This document shows positions 26,097 to 37,668 of a stretch of DNA of 64,000 bases, piece by piece. The stretch is from Chiloscyllium plagiosum (taxonomy: Eukaryota). The stretch lies in NCBI RefSeq assembly GCF_004010195.1, contig NC_057719.1, positions 32,713,948-32,777,947 of the forward strand. Reading direction: 5' to 3'. Below the pieces are notes generated by a model. That model was not told the DNA's origin and ran no database searches. It was given only the letters and a program-made list of their open reading frames with translations. Numbering within the stretch: the stretch's first letter is position 1; the number at the start of each line of letters is the position of its first letter. The position numbers were made by a program, and so were the translations under genes.

Positions 26097-26638
26097 ATGC
26101 GTCAAAGCCTTTTTGAAAGTTCTACACTGTCCTCATCACAATTTACAATTGCTCAGTTTTGTATCATCTGCAAACTTTGAAATTGACTTCTTCACACTAA
26201 GTTGTAGATCAGTTATATTTGTTTGACCTCTGGGAAACTCCATCTCAAACTTTCTTCAAGCCCAGAAAACTACAAACCAACCATTACTCTATTTTGCCTA
26301 TTCCTCAAACTAATTTTGTATCCATGTCACTAATGTCCCCTTTGCTTCATGACTTATAATCCTCCTTACAAATCTGTTGTGTGACACTCAAGTGCACCAC
26401 TTCAACAGCCCTACCTTCAGTGTTGACCATTTTTAGTTTAATCTGATTTTGTATCTTTAAAGGAAGTAGAAATTGAGGAATGGTAAATGGTTTAATAATT
26501 ACTAACTCTAATATTATGCCCCTCTAACATTGAATTCAATTCCCTGTGTGTTACTTGGTGAACCCTGAGAAAAAGAAGAATCAAATATAGACAATTGAAG
26601 AAGAAGAAAACGAGTCGGAAGCCCATTCTTTTACTTAC

Positions 26639-26744
26639 TGTTGACAGGCTGGTCAACTTTCCTGCATTCACCTTCTGTTACAGTTACATCATCGATTGCA
26701 ATATCCCCTTCTATACTGGGCCCCCGAATGCCTTCAAATATCAG
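26639..26744 (-). CDS. mdga2: mdga2 penultimate coding exon (end of MAM domain)
   Basis: Acceptor tttgttattgtgcag|CTG, donor ACA|gtaagt, 106 bp. Encodes [35 protein letters not shown] with the MAM signature GDIAIDD. Phases match both neighbouring exons. Confidence 0.95.
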
Positions 26745-27404
26745 CTGCACAATAACAAACAGAAAGTTTAGTATTGCAATGGGTACACATGAAATAATAG
26801 AATGCTCTGGTGAACACGTTGTAAGGAAAACTGTCGAACATTCATGGCAATGATTAACAATGTCACATTCAATGTGCAAGGGTTCTTTGAAAATTCAAAG
26901 TATCTTCAGAAATCACTGCCCTCTTCTTTCTAATTCCTGGCATTGTGTGTGATCTGCTTTTGGTGTAAAGGATGATTTTGTAATCATGACCAAGTGAGAA
27001 GCTGCCTTTAGGTGAGCCGTTCTCAGTAGATAGCAATAAAAGTTTATACTCTAATTCACCGAAATGCAGGGCTGTAAGCATAGTTCTCTGTTGTGAGCTG
27101 AGGACTCTTGATGCACATCATGTCGGTCTTCATTAAAGTGAGGAATGATAGCAATAAGGAACAGTACATGATCCCTTCCAAAGTCTGGTAACACCAAAGT
27201 TTTCCAAACTGGGTACTTGTTCTGATATATGGTTCATTCTACCTTACCTGAATACCAAAATGTCCACCTCTGTACAACACTCATAAGTAAACCACATTGA
27301 TTCTTTTATTGACTTGTAATCTTGTCAAATTTCAGAACATTGAAGCTGACTCCTACCTATAGTTAGATAGATTTAAATTACACAAAGTAATTTAGAATAA
27401 CGAG

Positions 27405-29245
27405 AATCCAGAGAAAGTATATTCCTGTCAGGGTGAAAGGAAAGGCTGGTAGGTATAGGGAACGCTGGATGACTAAAGAAATTGAGGGTTTGGTTAAGAA
27501 GAAGAAGGAAGCATATGTCAGGTATAGACAGGATAGATCGAGTGAATCCTGAGAAGAGTATAAAGGCAGTAGGAGTTTACTTAAGAGGGAAATCAGGAGG
27601 CCAAAAAGGGAACATGAGATAGCTTTGGTAAATAGAATTAAGGAGAATCCAAAGAGTTTTTACAAATACATTAAGGACAAAAGGATAACTAATGAGAGAA
27701 TAGGGCCCCTCAAAGATCAGCAAGGTGGCCTTTGTGTGGAGCCGCAGAAAATGGGGGAGATACTAAATGAGTATTTTGCATCAGTATTTACTGTGGAAAA
27801 GGATATGAAAGATATAGACTGTAGGGAAATAGATGGTGACATCTTGCAAAATGTCCATATTACAGAGGAGAAAGTGCAGGNNNNNNNNNNNNNNNNNNNN
27901 NNNNNNNNNNNNNNNNNNNNNNNNNNNNNNNNNNNNNNNNNNNNNNNNNNNNNNNNNNNNNNNNNNNNNNNNNNNNNNNNNNNNNNNNNNNNNNNNNNNN
28001 NNNNNNNNNNNNNNNNNNNNNNNNNNNNNNNNNNNNNNNNNNNNNNNNNNNNNNNNNNNNNNNNNNNNNNNNNNNNNNNNNNNNNNNNNNNNNNNNNNNN
28101 NNNNNNNNNNNNNNNNNNNNNNNNNNNNNNNNNNNNNNNNNNNNNNNNNNNNNNNNNNNNNNNNNNNNNNNNNNNNNNNNNNNNNNNNNNNNNNNNNNNN
28201 NNNNNNNNNNNNNNNNNNNNNNNNNNNNNNNNNNNNNNNNNNNNNNNNNNNNNNNNNNNNNNNNNNNNNNNNNNNNNNNNNNNNNNNNNNNNNNNNNNNN
28301 NNNNNNNNNNNNNNNNNNNNNNNNNNNNNNNNNNNNNNNNNNNNNNNNNNNNNNNNNNNNNNNNNNNNTGTAGTGGACAGCGAAGAAGGTTACCTCAGAT
28401 TACAACAGGATCTTGATCAGATGGGCCAATGGGCTGAGAAGTGGCAGATGGAGTCTAATTCAGATAAATGCGAGGTGCTGCATTTTGGGAAAGCAAATCT
28501 TAGCAGGACTTATACACTTAATGGTAAGGTCCTCGGGAGTGTTGCTGAACAAAGAGACCTTGGAGTGCACATTCAAAGCTCCTTGAAAGTGGAGTCACAG
28601 GTAGATAGGATAGTGAAGAAGGCGGTTGGTATGCTTTCCTTTATTGGTCAGAGTATTGAGTACAGGAGTTGGGAGGTCATGTTAATACTGTACAAGACAT
28701 TGATTAGGCCATTCTTGGAATATTACATGTAATTCTGGTTTCATTCCTATCAGAAAGATGTTGTGAAACTTGAAAGGGTTCAGAAAAGATTTACAAGGAT
28801 GTTGTCAGAGTTGGAGGATTTGAGCTATAGGGAGAGGCTGAATAGGCTGGGGCTGTTTTCCCTGGAGAGTCAGAGGCTGAAGAGTGACCTTCTCGAGGTT
28901 TACAAAATTATGAGAAGCATGGATAGGGTAAATAGACAAAGTCTTTTCCCTGGGATTGGGGAGTCCAGAACTAGAGGGCATAGGTTCAGGGTGAGAGGGG
29001 AAAGATATAAAAGAGACCTATGGGACAACGTTTTCACACAGAGGGTGGTACGTGTATGGAATGAGCTGCCAGAGGAAGTGGTGGAAGCTGGTACAATTGC
29101 AACATTTAAGAGGCATTTGGATGGGTATATGAATAGGAAGGGTTTGGAGGGATACGGTCCGGGTGCTGGCAGGTGGGACTAGGTTGGGTTGAGATATCTG
29201 ACTGGCATGGATGGGTTGTTTCCCTGCTGTACATCTCTATGACTA
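27405..29245 (+). mobile_element. Young CR1 (HER1-like) ORF2 copy spanning an assembly gap
   Basis: RIKENPKSFYKYIK, WAEKWQMESNSDKCEVLHFG and the ORF2 C-terminus ...GYGPGAGRWD. Confidence 0.92.
27881..28368. other. Assembly gap
   Basis: Run of N. Confidence 1.
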
Positions 29246-29274
29246 TTTGAATCTCTCATTTGTCAGGAACATAG

Positions 29275-29612
29275 AGTCATAGAATCCTGACATTGTGAAA
29301 GTAGGCGACTTGGCCCATCAAGTCCACACCAACTTTCTGAAGAGTATCCCAATTAAACCCGCCCCCTCCCTATTCTATAGCCCTGCATTTCCCATAGCTA
29401 ATCCTCCTAAACTACACATCGCTGGACACCATGAGTAATTTAGCATGGCTAATCTGCCTGACATCATTGTGACTGCGGGAGTAAATCAGAGTATACCCCA
29501 CCCAGACACAGGGAGAACAGGCTAACTCCGAACAGACAGTTGCCTGAGGATGGAATCGAATCCAGGTCCTTGATGTTATGGGTGAGTACTGCTAACTGTC
29601 CTGAGCCACTGT
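29275..29612 (-). mobile_element. Degenerate V-SINE
   Basis: aatttagcatggc, cagacacagggagaac and ggaatcgaatccaggtcc blocks, as in 2068-2386. Confidence 0.7.
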
Positions 29613-29834
29613 GTGTTTAAACACTGTTTCAGAAATTATTTCCCAAGGAACAGTATACCTCAAAGCAGTTGTGTTTTAATAAACCTTACTGATAAAACCG
29701 CTCCAGTTCAGTTTAGAATTAAATGCAAGTCACCTGCCCCAGGTTGGTTTGTATTGTGCAATACACTTGCATTTGACTTTGAAGCTGTGGTTGGCTAAGT
29801 AAAGAGAAATGAAGGAACTATATTTATGTAGTCA

Positions 29835-30430
29835 GAAACAAAAACAGAAATTACTGGGAAACTTGACAGGGTCTCTCAGCGTCTTTGGAGGGAGTGCAGA
29901 GCTAATGTTTTGTGTCCGGTGATGCTTCTTCAGAATTGACTATAACAAGGAAAAGATTGTTATCTATGTTAAAAATGGGGTGGGTAAGGGGGGGGAGTGG
30001 TAAGAGGAGAAAACAATAGGTGGAGATGGAGCCCAGAAAGAGAGGACAATAGGTGGGCAGCAAAAGGAATGGGCAAAGGTCAGCCTGGGAGAATCAATAG
30101 CTGCTAATGGGGAACATTAGTGGTTGACAATGGATTGTTTATGGTAGCTGCCCAAATGATGATAAGGGCTGGTATGTCGGGTTTGGGGGAAGGACATGGA
30201 AGAAAATGCTCAGGCTCCACCTATCATTTACTCACCCTCTCCCCTCCCCCAACCCATCATCAACAAATATACCAACTGTTTTCCTCTCTCCAATCAGTTC
30301 CGAAGAAGGCTCACTAGACCTGAAACATTAATTCTGCTTTCTCCGCACAGGATGCTGCCAGACTTGCTGAGTTTTTCCAGCAATTTCTGTTTCTGCTTCT
30401 GATTTCTAGCATCTGCAGTTCTCTTTTCTT
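29835..30430. mobile_element. Old Penelope pLTR pair in inverted arrangement
   Basis: Left arm gaaacaaaaacagaaattactgg...cttcttcagaa is the reverse complement of the right arm ccgaagaagg...ccagcaatttctgtttctgcttctga. Confidence 0.65.
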
Positions 30431-31549
30431 TTACATTAAGTAGTGCCATTCCCTTTCACAATAAGCCGTGACATGTTTCACATTCAAGTATTTCCTTCTA
30501 AGTTTGAATTAGTGCCATGTTCTGAGAAAATACTTCAGCCAGTTTGCACACACAGTCAAACTCACAAAGGTCAAAGAAATGAATGACCCATTTCATGTGC
30601 TTTATGGCAATGATTTTTCTCTCAAGAAAAGCTCCCCATTTCTTTGATTGTGCTAACCTGAACAGATAGACAGTCTCTCTGTTTATTGCTTAATGAAAGA
30701 GAGCATCTTCGACTGTGAAGTATTCTGTCAGTATTGCACTTGAGTGTCAACATAGCAAAGATGATCTAAGTCCTGCAATTGAGTTTCCACTCTCAATCTG
30801 CAATCTTTGGTGGAAATAAAAACGATAGCTTACCGTCACGTTAATTGGTTGGTCGAGAACCATAATCCTGAGTATTGATTGTCTGGTGGCCATTTTTACA
30901 AATGTAGCGACCTGATGATTTCTGTTTGTTAAAAAAAAAGCCTCTATCCCTGATTCTCTTTCTTTTTCCCTCCTCTAAGAATAGTTTAGAGATCAGAATT
31001 TCTGGCCCAAAATCAGCAGACAGGTATTAGCAAAACAACAAGAGTATGGTGGTCACTGGGGAGAGCCAGATTGGCTATATTAATTGAATAGAATTCTGGA
31101 ACATAGCCATTGAGAAGAACATATTTATAGTCTTTTGAGAGACCTGGAAACAGGAAGACAGGATTTTTGTTATCCTGTAATTAATGGCATGGTTGTCACA
31201 GGCAGTACAAGTTCAGTTTGCTGCATTCTTGCAAATCGGTACTCTTGTGAGAATTGTGTGAAATACACAATATGTGAATGAACCTCTGAACCTCTGAAGT
31301 AATTAGCAAATGCTGTTCATCCTGCTTAGGAATGCTGTTAGCACAACAAAAACACAGGTCATGAAACAGGCTAGTATCAGACAAGGAAACCTAACCTCCA
31401 CTTTTATGTCATCAAGAATTCACTCAGTGTTAAATTAATCTTGCAAAGATTACCCACCAAGACTGATGATTATTCTACATTTATTGGAATGTGTTCAGTC
31501 ATTCAATATGAACATTACATTAACTGCTCTGGTAAGTATATCAGAAGGA

Positions 31550-32340
31550 AAAACATAAGAGCAGGAAAAAGCCGTTAAGTGCATTGAACCTACCCTGCCG
31601 TTCAACATGACCATGACTGGAAAATGGAATCAATGTAGATAGATTGGTGCAGTCCCAACAAGCTGAAGGGCCTCTTCTGTGCTATATGACGTTGACTCTA
31701 TGGTAATCTTCTGCCTCAAGTTCACCTTCTCACCCGTATCCCATAATTCCCTGAGAGACTGAAAATCTGACTGTCACAGTTTACATTTATTCAATGAATT
31801 CCAAAGATTTACACTCATTGTGTGAAGAAAATTCTCATCATTTTATTCCTAAATAATCAGCTCCTTATTCTGAAAATATCTCTTCTTGTTCTAATTTCTC
31901 CATTCAGGGAAATCAACTTCTCAGTATGTACCATAATCTTCATAAGCTTAAATATTTCAATGAGATCACATCTCATTTTTCTAAATTCCAGGGAATATAA
32001 ACTAAATTTGCTCATTCTCTCATTGGAGGACCATCCTCATACCCCAGGTACCAACCTAATTAACCTTCACTGTACTGTCTCCAAGGTGAGTAAATCTTGT
32101 AAATATTGAGTCCAAAACCACTTGCAGTATTCAAGGTGCAAGTTCACCAAAACTCCACGCAATTGTAGCAAGGCTTGCTTCTTCTCATCCTCCAAGTCCA
32201 ACAACAAAGCCCAACATGGTATGTGCTTTTCTAATTTCCTTCTATACCTGCATGCTAAACCTTTTCTTCCCTTGTGCTAATGTATCTAACTCTCTTTGGA
32301 CATTAACAAGGTTCATGCCTTTTAACCGATATTCTGCTGA
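31550..32340 (-). mobile_element. Old CR1 3' fragment(s)
   Basis: aacataagagcagg tail and gtgaagaaaattctcatc, cagtattcaaggtg reverse CR1 motifs. Confidence 0.6.
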
Positions 32341-32399
32341 ATAACATTACACTTCTTTAATAATCCTTCCTCTGCCCGTGATTACACAATCATGACTTC

Positions 32400-35300
32400 T
32401 CTAATGCTGCAGGAGGTTGAGGGCAGTGAGGTCAGGGATAGATTTACAAAGTCGTGAGAGGGCACCGACAATCAGGGTGTTTGTTTGAAATGTGTGTACT
32501 TCAATTCTAGGAGCATCCGGAATAAGGTGGTTGAACTTGCAGCATGGGTTGGTACCTGGGATTACGATGTTGTGGGCATTTCAGAGACATGGTTGGAGGA
32601 GGGACAGGAATGGTTGTTGCAGATTCTGGGATTTAGGTATTTCAGTTAGAACAGAGAGGATGGTAAAAAGGGGGGGAATGTGGCACTGTTAATCAAGGGT
32701 GTATAATAGCAGTTGAGATAAAATGTGAGGACTCATCCACTGAGGTGATCTGTTCCAGGGATGTAGAGGAAAGGATAGCAAAGATGATTCTCGAAAGGAG
32801 TGAAAGTAACAAGGTAGTTGTTATGGAGGTCTTTAACTTCCCCAACATTGATTGGGAATACAATAGTTTAAGTTCTTTAGATGGATACATTTTTGTTCAG
32901 AGTGTGCAGGAGGGTTTTCTGACACAGTATGTAGACAGCCAGCAAGGGGTGATGCCATATTAGATTTGGTAGTGCGGCCAGGTGTTAGATTTGGAGGTAG
33001 GTGAGCACTTTAGCGGCAGTGACCTCAATTCAGTTATGTTTACAAAAGCAATGGGTAGGGATAGGTATAACGGGGTGATTAGGCAAGATTAAGGATGCAT
33101 TGGATGGGGAAGGAAACTGCAGGGGATGGATATTCTTGAATGTGGAGCTTATTCAAGGAACAGCTACTGTGGGATAACTATCTTTGCTATCCTTTCCTCT
33201 ACATCCCTGGAACAAGTATATACCTATCAGGCACGAGCTGAAAATGTTTTGGTGGAAAAGTGCAGCAGGTCAGGCAGCATCCAAGGAACAGGAGAATCGA
33301 TGTTTCGGGCATAAGCCCTTCTTCAGGAATGAGGAAAGTGTGTCCATCAGGCTAAGATAAAAGGTAGGGAGGAGGGACTTTGGGGAGGGGCTTTGGAAAT
33401 GCGATAGGTGGAAGGAGGTCAAGGTGAGGGTGATAGGCCAGAATGGGGTGGGGGCGGAGAGGTCAGGAAGAAGATTGCAGGTTAGAAAGGCGGTGCTGAG
33501 TTCGAGGGATTTGACTGAGACAAGGTGGGGGGAGGGGAAATGAGGAAACTGGAGAAATCTGAGTTCATCCCTTGTGGTTGGAGGGTTTCTAGGCGGAAGA
33601 TGAGGCGCTCTTCCTCCAACCGTCGTGTTGCTATGGTCTGGCGATGGAGGAGTCCCTCTCTCACCAGGGGAAGGTGCTGGGAGTGGAGGTTGGGTTGGTA
33701 GGGGGTGTGGACCTGACGAGGGAGTCACGGAGGGAGTGGTCTTTTCGGAACGCTGATAGGGGAGGGGAGGGAAATATATCCCTGGTGGTGGGGTCCTTTT
33801 GGAGGTGGCGGAAATGACGACAGATGATACGCTGATCAGGCAGGAAGTAGTTGTCGAGAGAGGGACCCATAGTATACTAAAGAAGTTGAAGCTCTTGTCA
33901 AGAGGAAGAAGAAGGCTTATGTGAGGATGAGGCATGAAGGCTCAGTTAGGGGGCTTGAGAGTTATAAGTTAGCCAGAAAAGATCTAAAGAGAGGGCTAAG
34001 AAGAGCCAGGAGGGGACATGAGAAGTTGTTGGCTGATAGGATCAAGGAAAACCCTAAGGCCTTCTATAGGTATATCAGGAATAAAAGAATGATTAGAGTA
34101 AGATTAGGGCCAATCAAAGATAATGGTGGAAAGTTGTGTGTAGAATCTGAGGATATAGGAGAAGTGCTTAATGAATACTTTTCATCAGTATTCATGTTGG
34201 AAAAGGGCAATGTTAGTGAGAATACGGAGAATCAGGCTACGAGATTAGGTGGGATTGAAGTTGACAAAGAGGAATATTCAGAAATTTTGGAAGATCTGAA
34301 AATAGGTAAGACCCCTGGGCAGGATGGGATTTATCCTTGGATTCTCTGGGAAACCAGGGAGGAAACTGTAGGGCTTTTGGCTTCAATCTTTATGTTACCA
34401 ATGTCAACAGGAGTAGTGCCAGAAGACTGGAAGATGGCAAATGTTATTCCCTTGTTTAAGAAGGGGTGTCCCTGGTAATTATAGGCTAGTGAGCCTCACT
34501 TCAGTTGTGGGTAAGGTGTTGTTAAAGGTTATAAGAGATAGGATTTATAATCATCTGGAAAGGAACAATATGATTAGAGATAGTGTGAAGAGAGGTCGTG
34601 CCTCACTAACCTTATTGAATTCTTTGAGAAGGTGACAAAGGTAAAGTGGTTGATGTGGCGTATTTGGACTTCAGTAAGGCGTTTGATAAGGTTCCACACA
34701 GTAGGCTATTGCACAAAATACAGTTTCAGGATTGGAGGTGTTTTAGCTGAAAAAAGACAGAGGGTGGTGATTTATGGGAAATGTTCATCCTGGAGCTCAG
34801 TTACCAGTGGAGTGCCGCAAGGATCTGTTTTGGGGCCACTGCTGTTTGTCATTTTTATAAATGATCTGGATGTGGATGTAGAAGGATGGGTTAGTAAATT
34901 GGCAAATAACAGTAAGGAAGGCAGAGTTGTAGATAGTGCCAAAGGATGTTGTGGGTTACAGATGGACATAGATAAGATGCAGAGCTGGACTGAGAAGTGG
35001 CAAATGGAGCTTAATGCAGAAAAGTGTGAGGCAGTTTATATTGGAAGAAATAACAGAAATGCAGAGTAATGGGCTAATGGTAAATTTCATGGCAGTGTAG
35101 ATGAACAGAGAGATCTCAGTGTCCAGTTGTCACTCCTGGAATGCGTGCACTTCTAGTCACTGTATTACAGGAAGGATGTGAAAGCTTTGGAAAGAGTTTA
35201 GAGGATATTTACGAGAATGTTGCTTGGCATGGAAGGAAGGTCTTACAAGGAAAGGATGAGGGAACTGAGGCTGTTTTCGTTGGAGAGAAGAAGTTTGAGA

Positions 35301-35630
35301 GATGTCTTAATCAAAACGTATAAGATAATCAGGGGTTAGATTTTTTCCATCAGATAGTGAAGGCTAACAGGAGGAGACATAGCTTTAAATTGAGGGGTGA
35401 TAGATTTAGGACAGATATTCGGAGTAGTAGTTTCTTTACTCAGAGAGTAGTAGGGCCGTGGAACAGCCTGCCTGCAAAACTAGTAGACTGGTTAAGGACA
35501 TTTAAATGGGCATTGGACATACATATGTATAATAATGGAACGGTGTGAATTAGATGGGCTTCAGATTAATTTCACAGGTTGGCACAAGGATGTGTACTGC
35601 GCTGTATTGTTCGATGTTCTATGTTCTATG
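32400..35630 (+). mobile_element. Long decayed CR1 (endonuclease, RT, 3' end) with deletions and a nested Penelope
   Basis: EN motifs (ISETW-like atttcagagacatgg, FNFPNIDW), RIKENPKAFYRYIRNKR, VTSGVPQGSVLGPLLFVIFINDLD and a (ttctatg)n tail. Confidence 0.9.
33234..33834 (-). mobile_element. Penelope fragment with 8-bp TSD
   Basis: QRIICRHFRHLQKDPTTRDIFPSPPLSAFRKDHSLRDSLVRS and RRLEEERLIFRL. TSD atcaggca at 33226-33233 and 33835-33842. Confidence 0.88.
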
Positions 35631-35635
35631 TTCCA

Positions 35636-35799
35636 TACAGAGGAACCTCGATTATCCAAAGGACACAGGTGGGGAGTATTTCGTTCAGTTAATCGAATGC
35701 CGGATACTCGAGTGCCGGATAACATTGTTTAGCCAAACATCAGGACCTTGTAATCTTGCTAGATAATCTGATATTCGGATAATAGAATGCCGGATAATC
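35636..35799. mobile_element. Tc1/mariner (Tigger/pogo-like) MITE remnant
   Basis: TA plus cagaggaacctcgattatcc left TIR, internal ccggata(a)tc repeats, right TIR truncated at ggataatc. Confidence 0.6.
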
Positions 35800-36011
35800 T
35801 TCTGTCTATCTTTGCTAACCTAAAATGAATCAAAACATAGGAATGCAGATCTGGTCAGAACTTCTGGTGCAAATGAGGTTCCTTTCTGCTCATTCCATGA
35901 TCATTATAATCTTGCAATAATGGCTGGAAAGAACTGCTGCTCCAATACCTAATTAAAAGGCATGTGGAGCTTCACTCAATCTCTTCACATCATTCCCACC
36001 CATCCCTGGGA

Positions 36012-36250
36012 ATGTCAGAGATCAGGCAAAAAATGGCACTGCATTTTAACAATGCCACCCTCAAAATTCTTCTGAAGGCTATCTGGGAGAGAAGGGAGAT
36101 TCTTCTCCATATGATGGCAACAAGAGGCCATCCTGATTGATGACCCCAAAGAAAACGAAACAATTGGTAAAATTGGTGACTCAGACATACTGGTCTGACT
36201 TGTGTACCTCACAGTGGAGCTACAGTATAGCCAGTGCTTCCATTTTCAAT
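36012..36250 (+). pseudogene. Decayed Myb/SANT-like ORF of PIF/Harbinger type
   Basis: MSEIRQKMALHFNNATLKILLKAIWERREILL, a frameshift, then PYDGNKRP. Resembles the N-terminus of Harbinger-associated Myb-like proteins. Confidence 0.5.
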
Positions 36251-36504
36251 TATTTACAACTGGTAGTGAAAACGTCTCAAATCTGCTTCTCCTTATTTCA
36301 CAGCAATCAGCAACATGTCTTCATGAAATCTTGGGTAACTAACAAATCTTTGTGTTTTCTCTGCAGGGTCTGGATGCCAGTCTTAAAATAGGACAAACAA
36401 AAGCAGTATGCCAGGCCTTAGAGCCCATCGACACCAGCCACTTGAGTTATGCCTCTGAGAAGGAACAGTTGCGAGTCTCAAAGGATGGACCTTCAAAGCC
36501 TATT

Positions 36505-36708
36505 AGATGAAAATGAGGACTGCAATTGTTGGAGATCAGAGTCAAGATTAGAGTGGTGCTGGAAAAGCACAGCAGGTCAGGCAGCATCTGAGGAGCAGGA
36601 AAATCGACATTTCAGGCAAAAGCCCTTCAACATGAATCACTCCTGAATAAGGGCTTTTGCCTGAAATGTTGATTTTCCTGCTCCTTGGATGCTGCCTGAC
36701 CTGCTGTG
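36505..36708. mobile_element. Fold-back (inverted) Penelope pLTR pair with 14-bp TSD
   Basis: cttcaaagcctatt at 36491-36504 and 36709-36722. Arms agcacagcaggtcaggcagcatc... and ...gatgctgcctgacctgctgtgct. Confidence 0.85.
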
Positions 36709-37390
36709 CTTCAAAGCCTATTGTCCACCCTCCATCAGGACAAGTCATTCACCTTGCTGAGTAACCTATCTGGAGTAGATTCAGAGTCACAGTCTGGTGA
36801 GCCCTGCACTTGTAGCTAGAGCAGGAAGAAATGGCCGAAGTTTCTGACATGAAGGAATGCTGGGAAACAGGCCTCTGCTAGGGCTAGTATGGGTAATGAG
36901 CCTCCAGATGACATAAACAGACGGAGATGAAGAGACAAGCAGAGGAATGTCTGGCAGAGGTGTAAATGATCATGTACAGACTGGAGTGAAGGGCAGAGGG
37001 GACAAATTCTGACTGATAGTGTGGTTCAGGTATGCATTCTCAAGGTTGCCTGCATGAAATAGGTGGTGGCCACCAGCAACAGCCAGAGAACTATCAGTTT
37101 ACATCAGCTCTGTTAAGGGACCTTTACTCCATCAGTTGAGCCAGTTCAGAGAGGACTAAGGCACCGTGACCCCCCTTCAGGTGACTCCATCCCCTCAGCA
37201 AGGGAAGGCAGTGTCACTGCACACTGATAGGCAGGAGGAGAATCAGAGAGTCACCAAGGGGGTGTCATCCCAGGACATCCTAGTGGTACTCTACTGCACT
37301 AACTCCCTTCTAACAGGGAGCCAAATGCCTCGCCAAATGCTTCCACTAGGTCAGGCCAATGACATTTCGCCTGCATGTGTACTGAAGAAC

Positions 37391-37668
37391 TGAAAATGTG
37401 TTGCTGGAAAAGCGAAGCAGGTCAGGCAGCATCCAGGGAACAGGAGAATTGACGTTTCAGGCATAAGCCCTTCTTCAGGAATGATCGTGTTGATTCGGTC
37501 GCCTGAGATAGAAATAGAAAGGTCGAGGAAGGGGAGGGAGGAATCTGAGACTGTCCAGGTGAATTTGAGGTCGGGGTGGAAGGTGTTGGTGAAGTGGATG
37601 AACTGTTCAACCTCCTCGTGGGAGCACGAGGCGGCGCCGATACAGTCATCGATGTAGCGGAGGAAAAG
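37391..37668 (-). mobile_element. Penelope pLTR fused to an RT (YIDD) fragment, 16-bp TSD
   Basis: atgtgtactgaagaac at 37375-37390 and 37669-37684. The RT piece is homologous to 250-430. Confidence 0.88.

Larger units (their letters stand above)
24470..26430 (-). mobile_element. Old CR1 fragment hosting nested insertions (pLTR, LTR)
   Basis: Reverse CR1 motifs cccagaaatgtacacaatactcc and gtatcatctgcaaactt (FADD). Confidence 0.65.

Noticed and set aside
26639..26744. Assignment to MDGA1 or another MAM protein (neuropilin, PTPR, meprin)
   Set aside because: [18 protein letters not shown] followed by a terminal H.WLFP...S.RR* exon fits MDGA2 as recalled, and there is no cytoplasmic domain.
26745..26879. 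N-terminal part of ORF 26631-26879 as coding sequence
   Set aside because: Intronic. MAM similarity starts exactly at the AG acceptor at 26745-26746.
27625..28732. ORFs of 263 and 299 aa
   Set aside because: CR1 ORF2 pieces bridged by N, with stops nearby. Not host genes.
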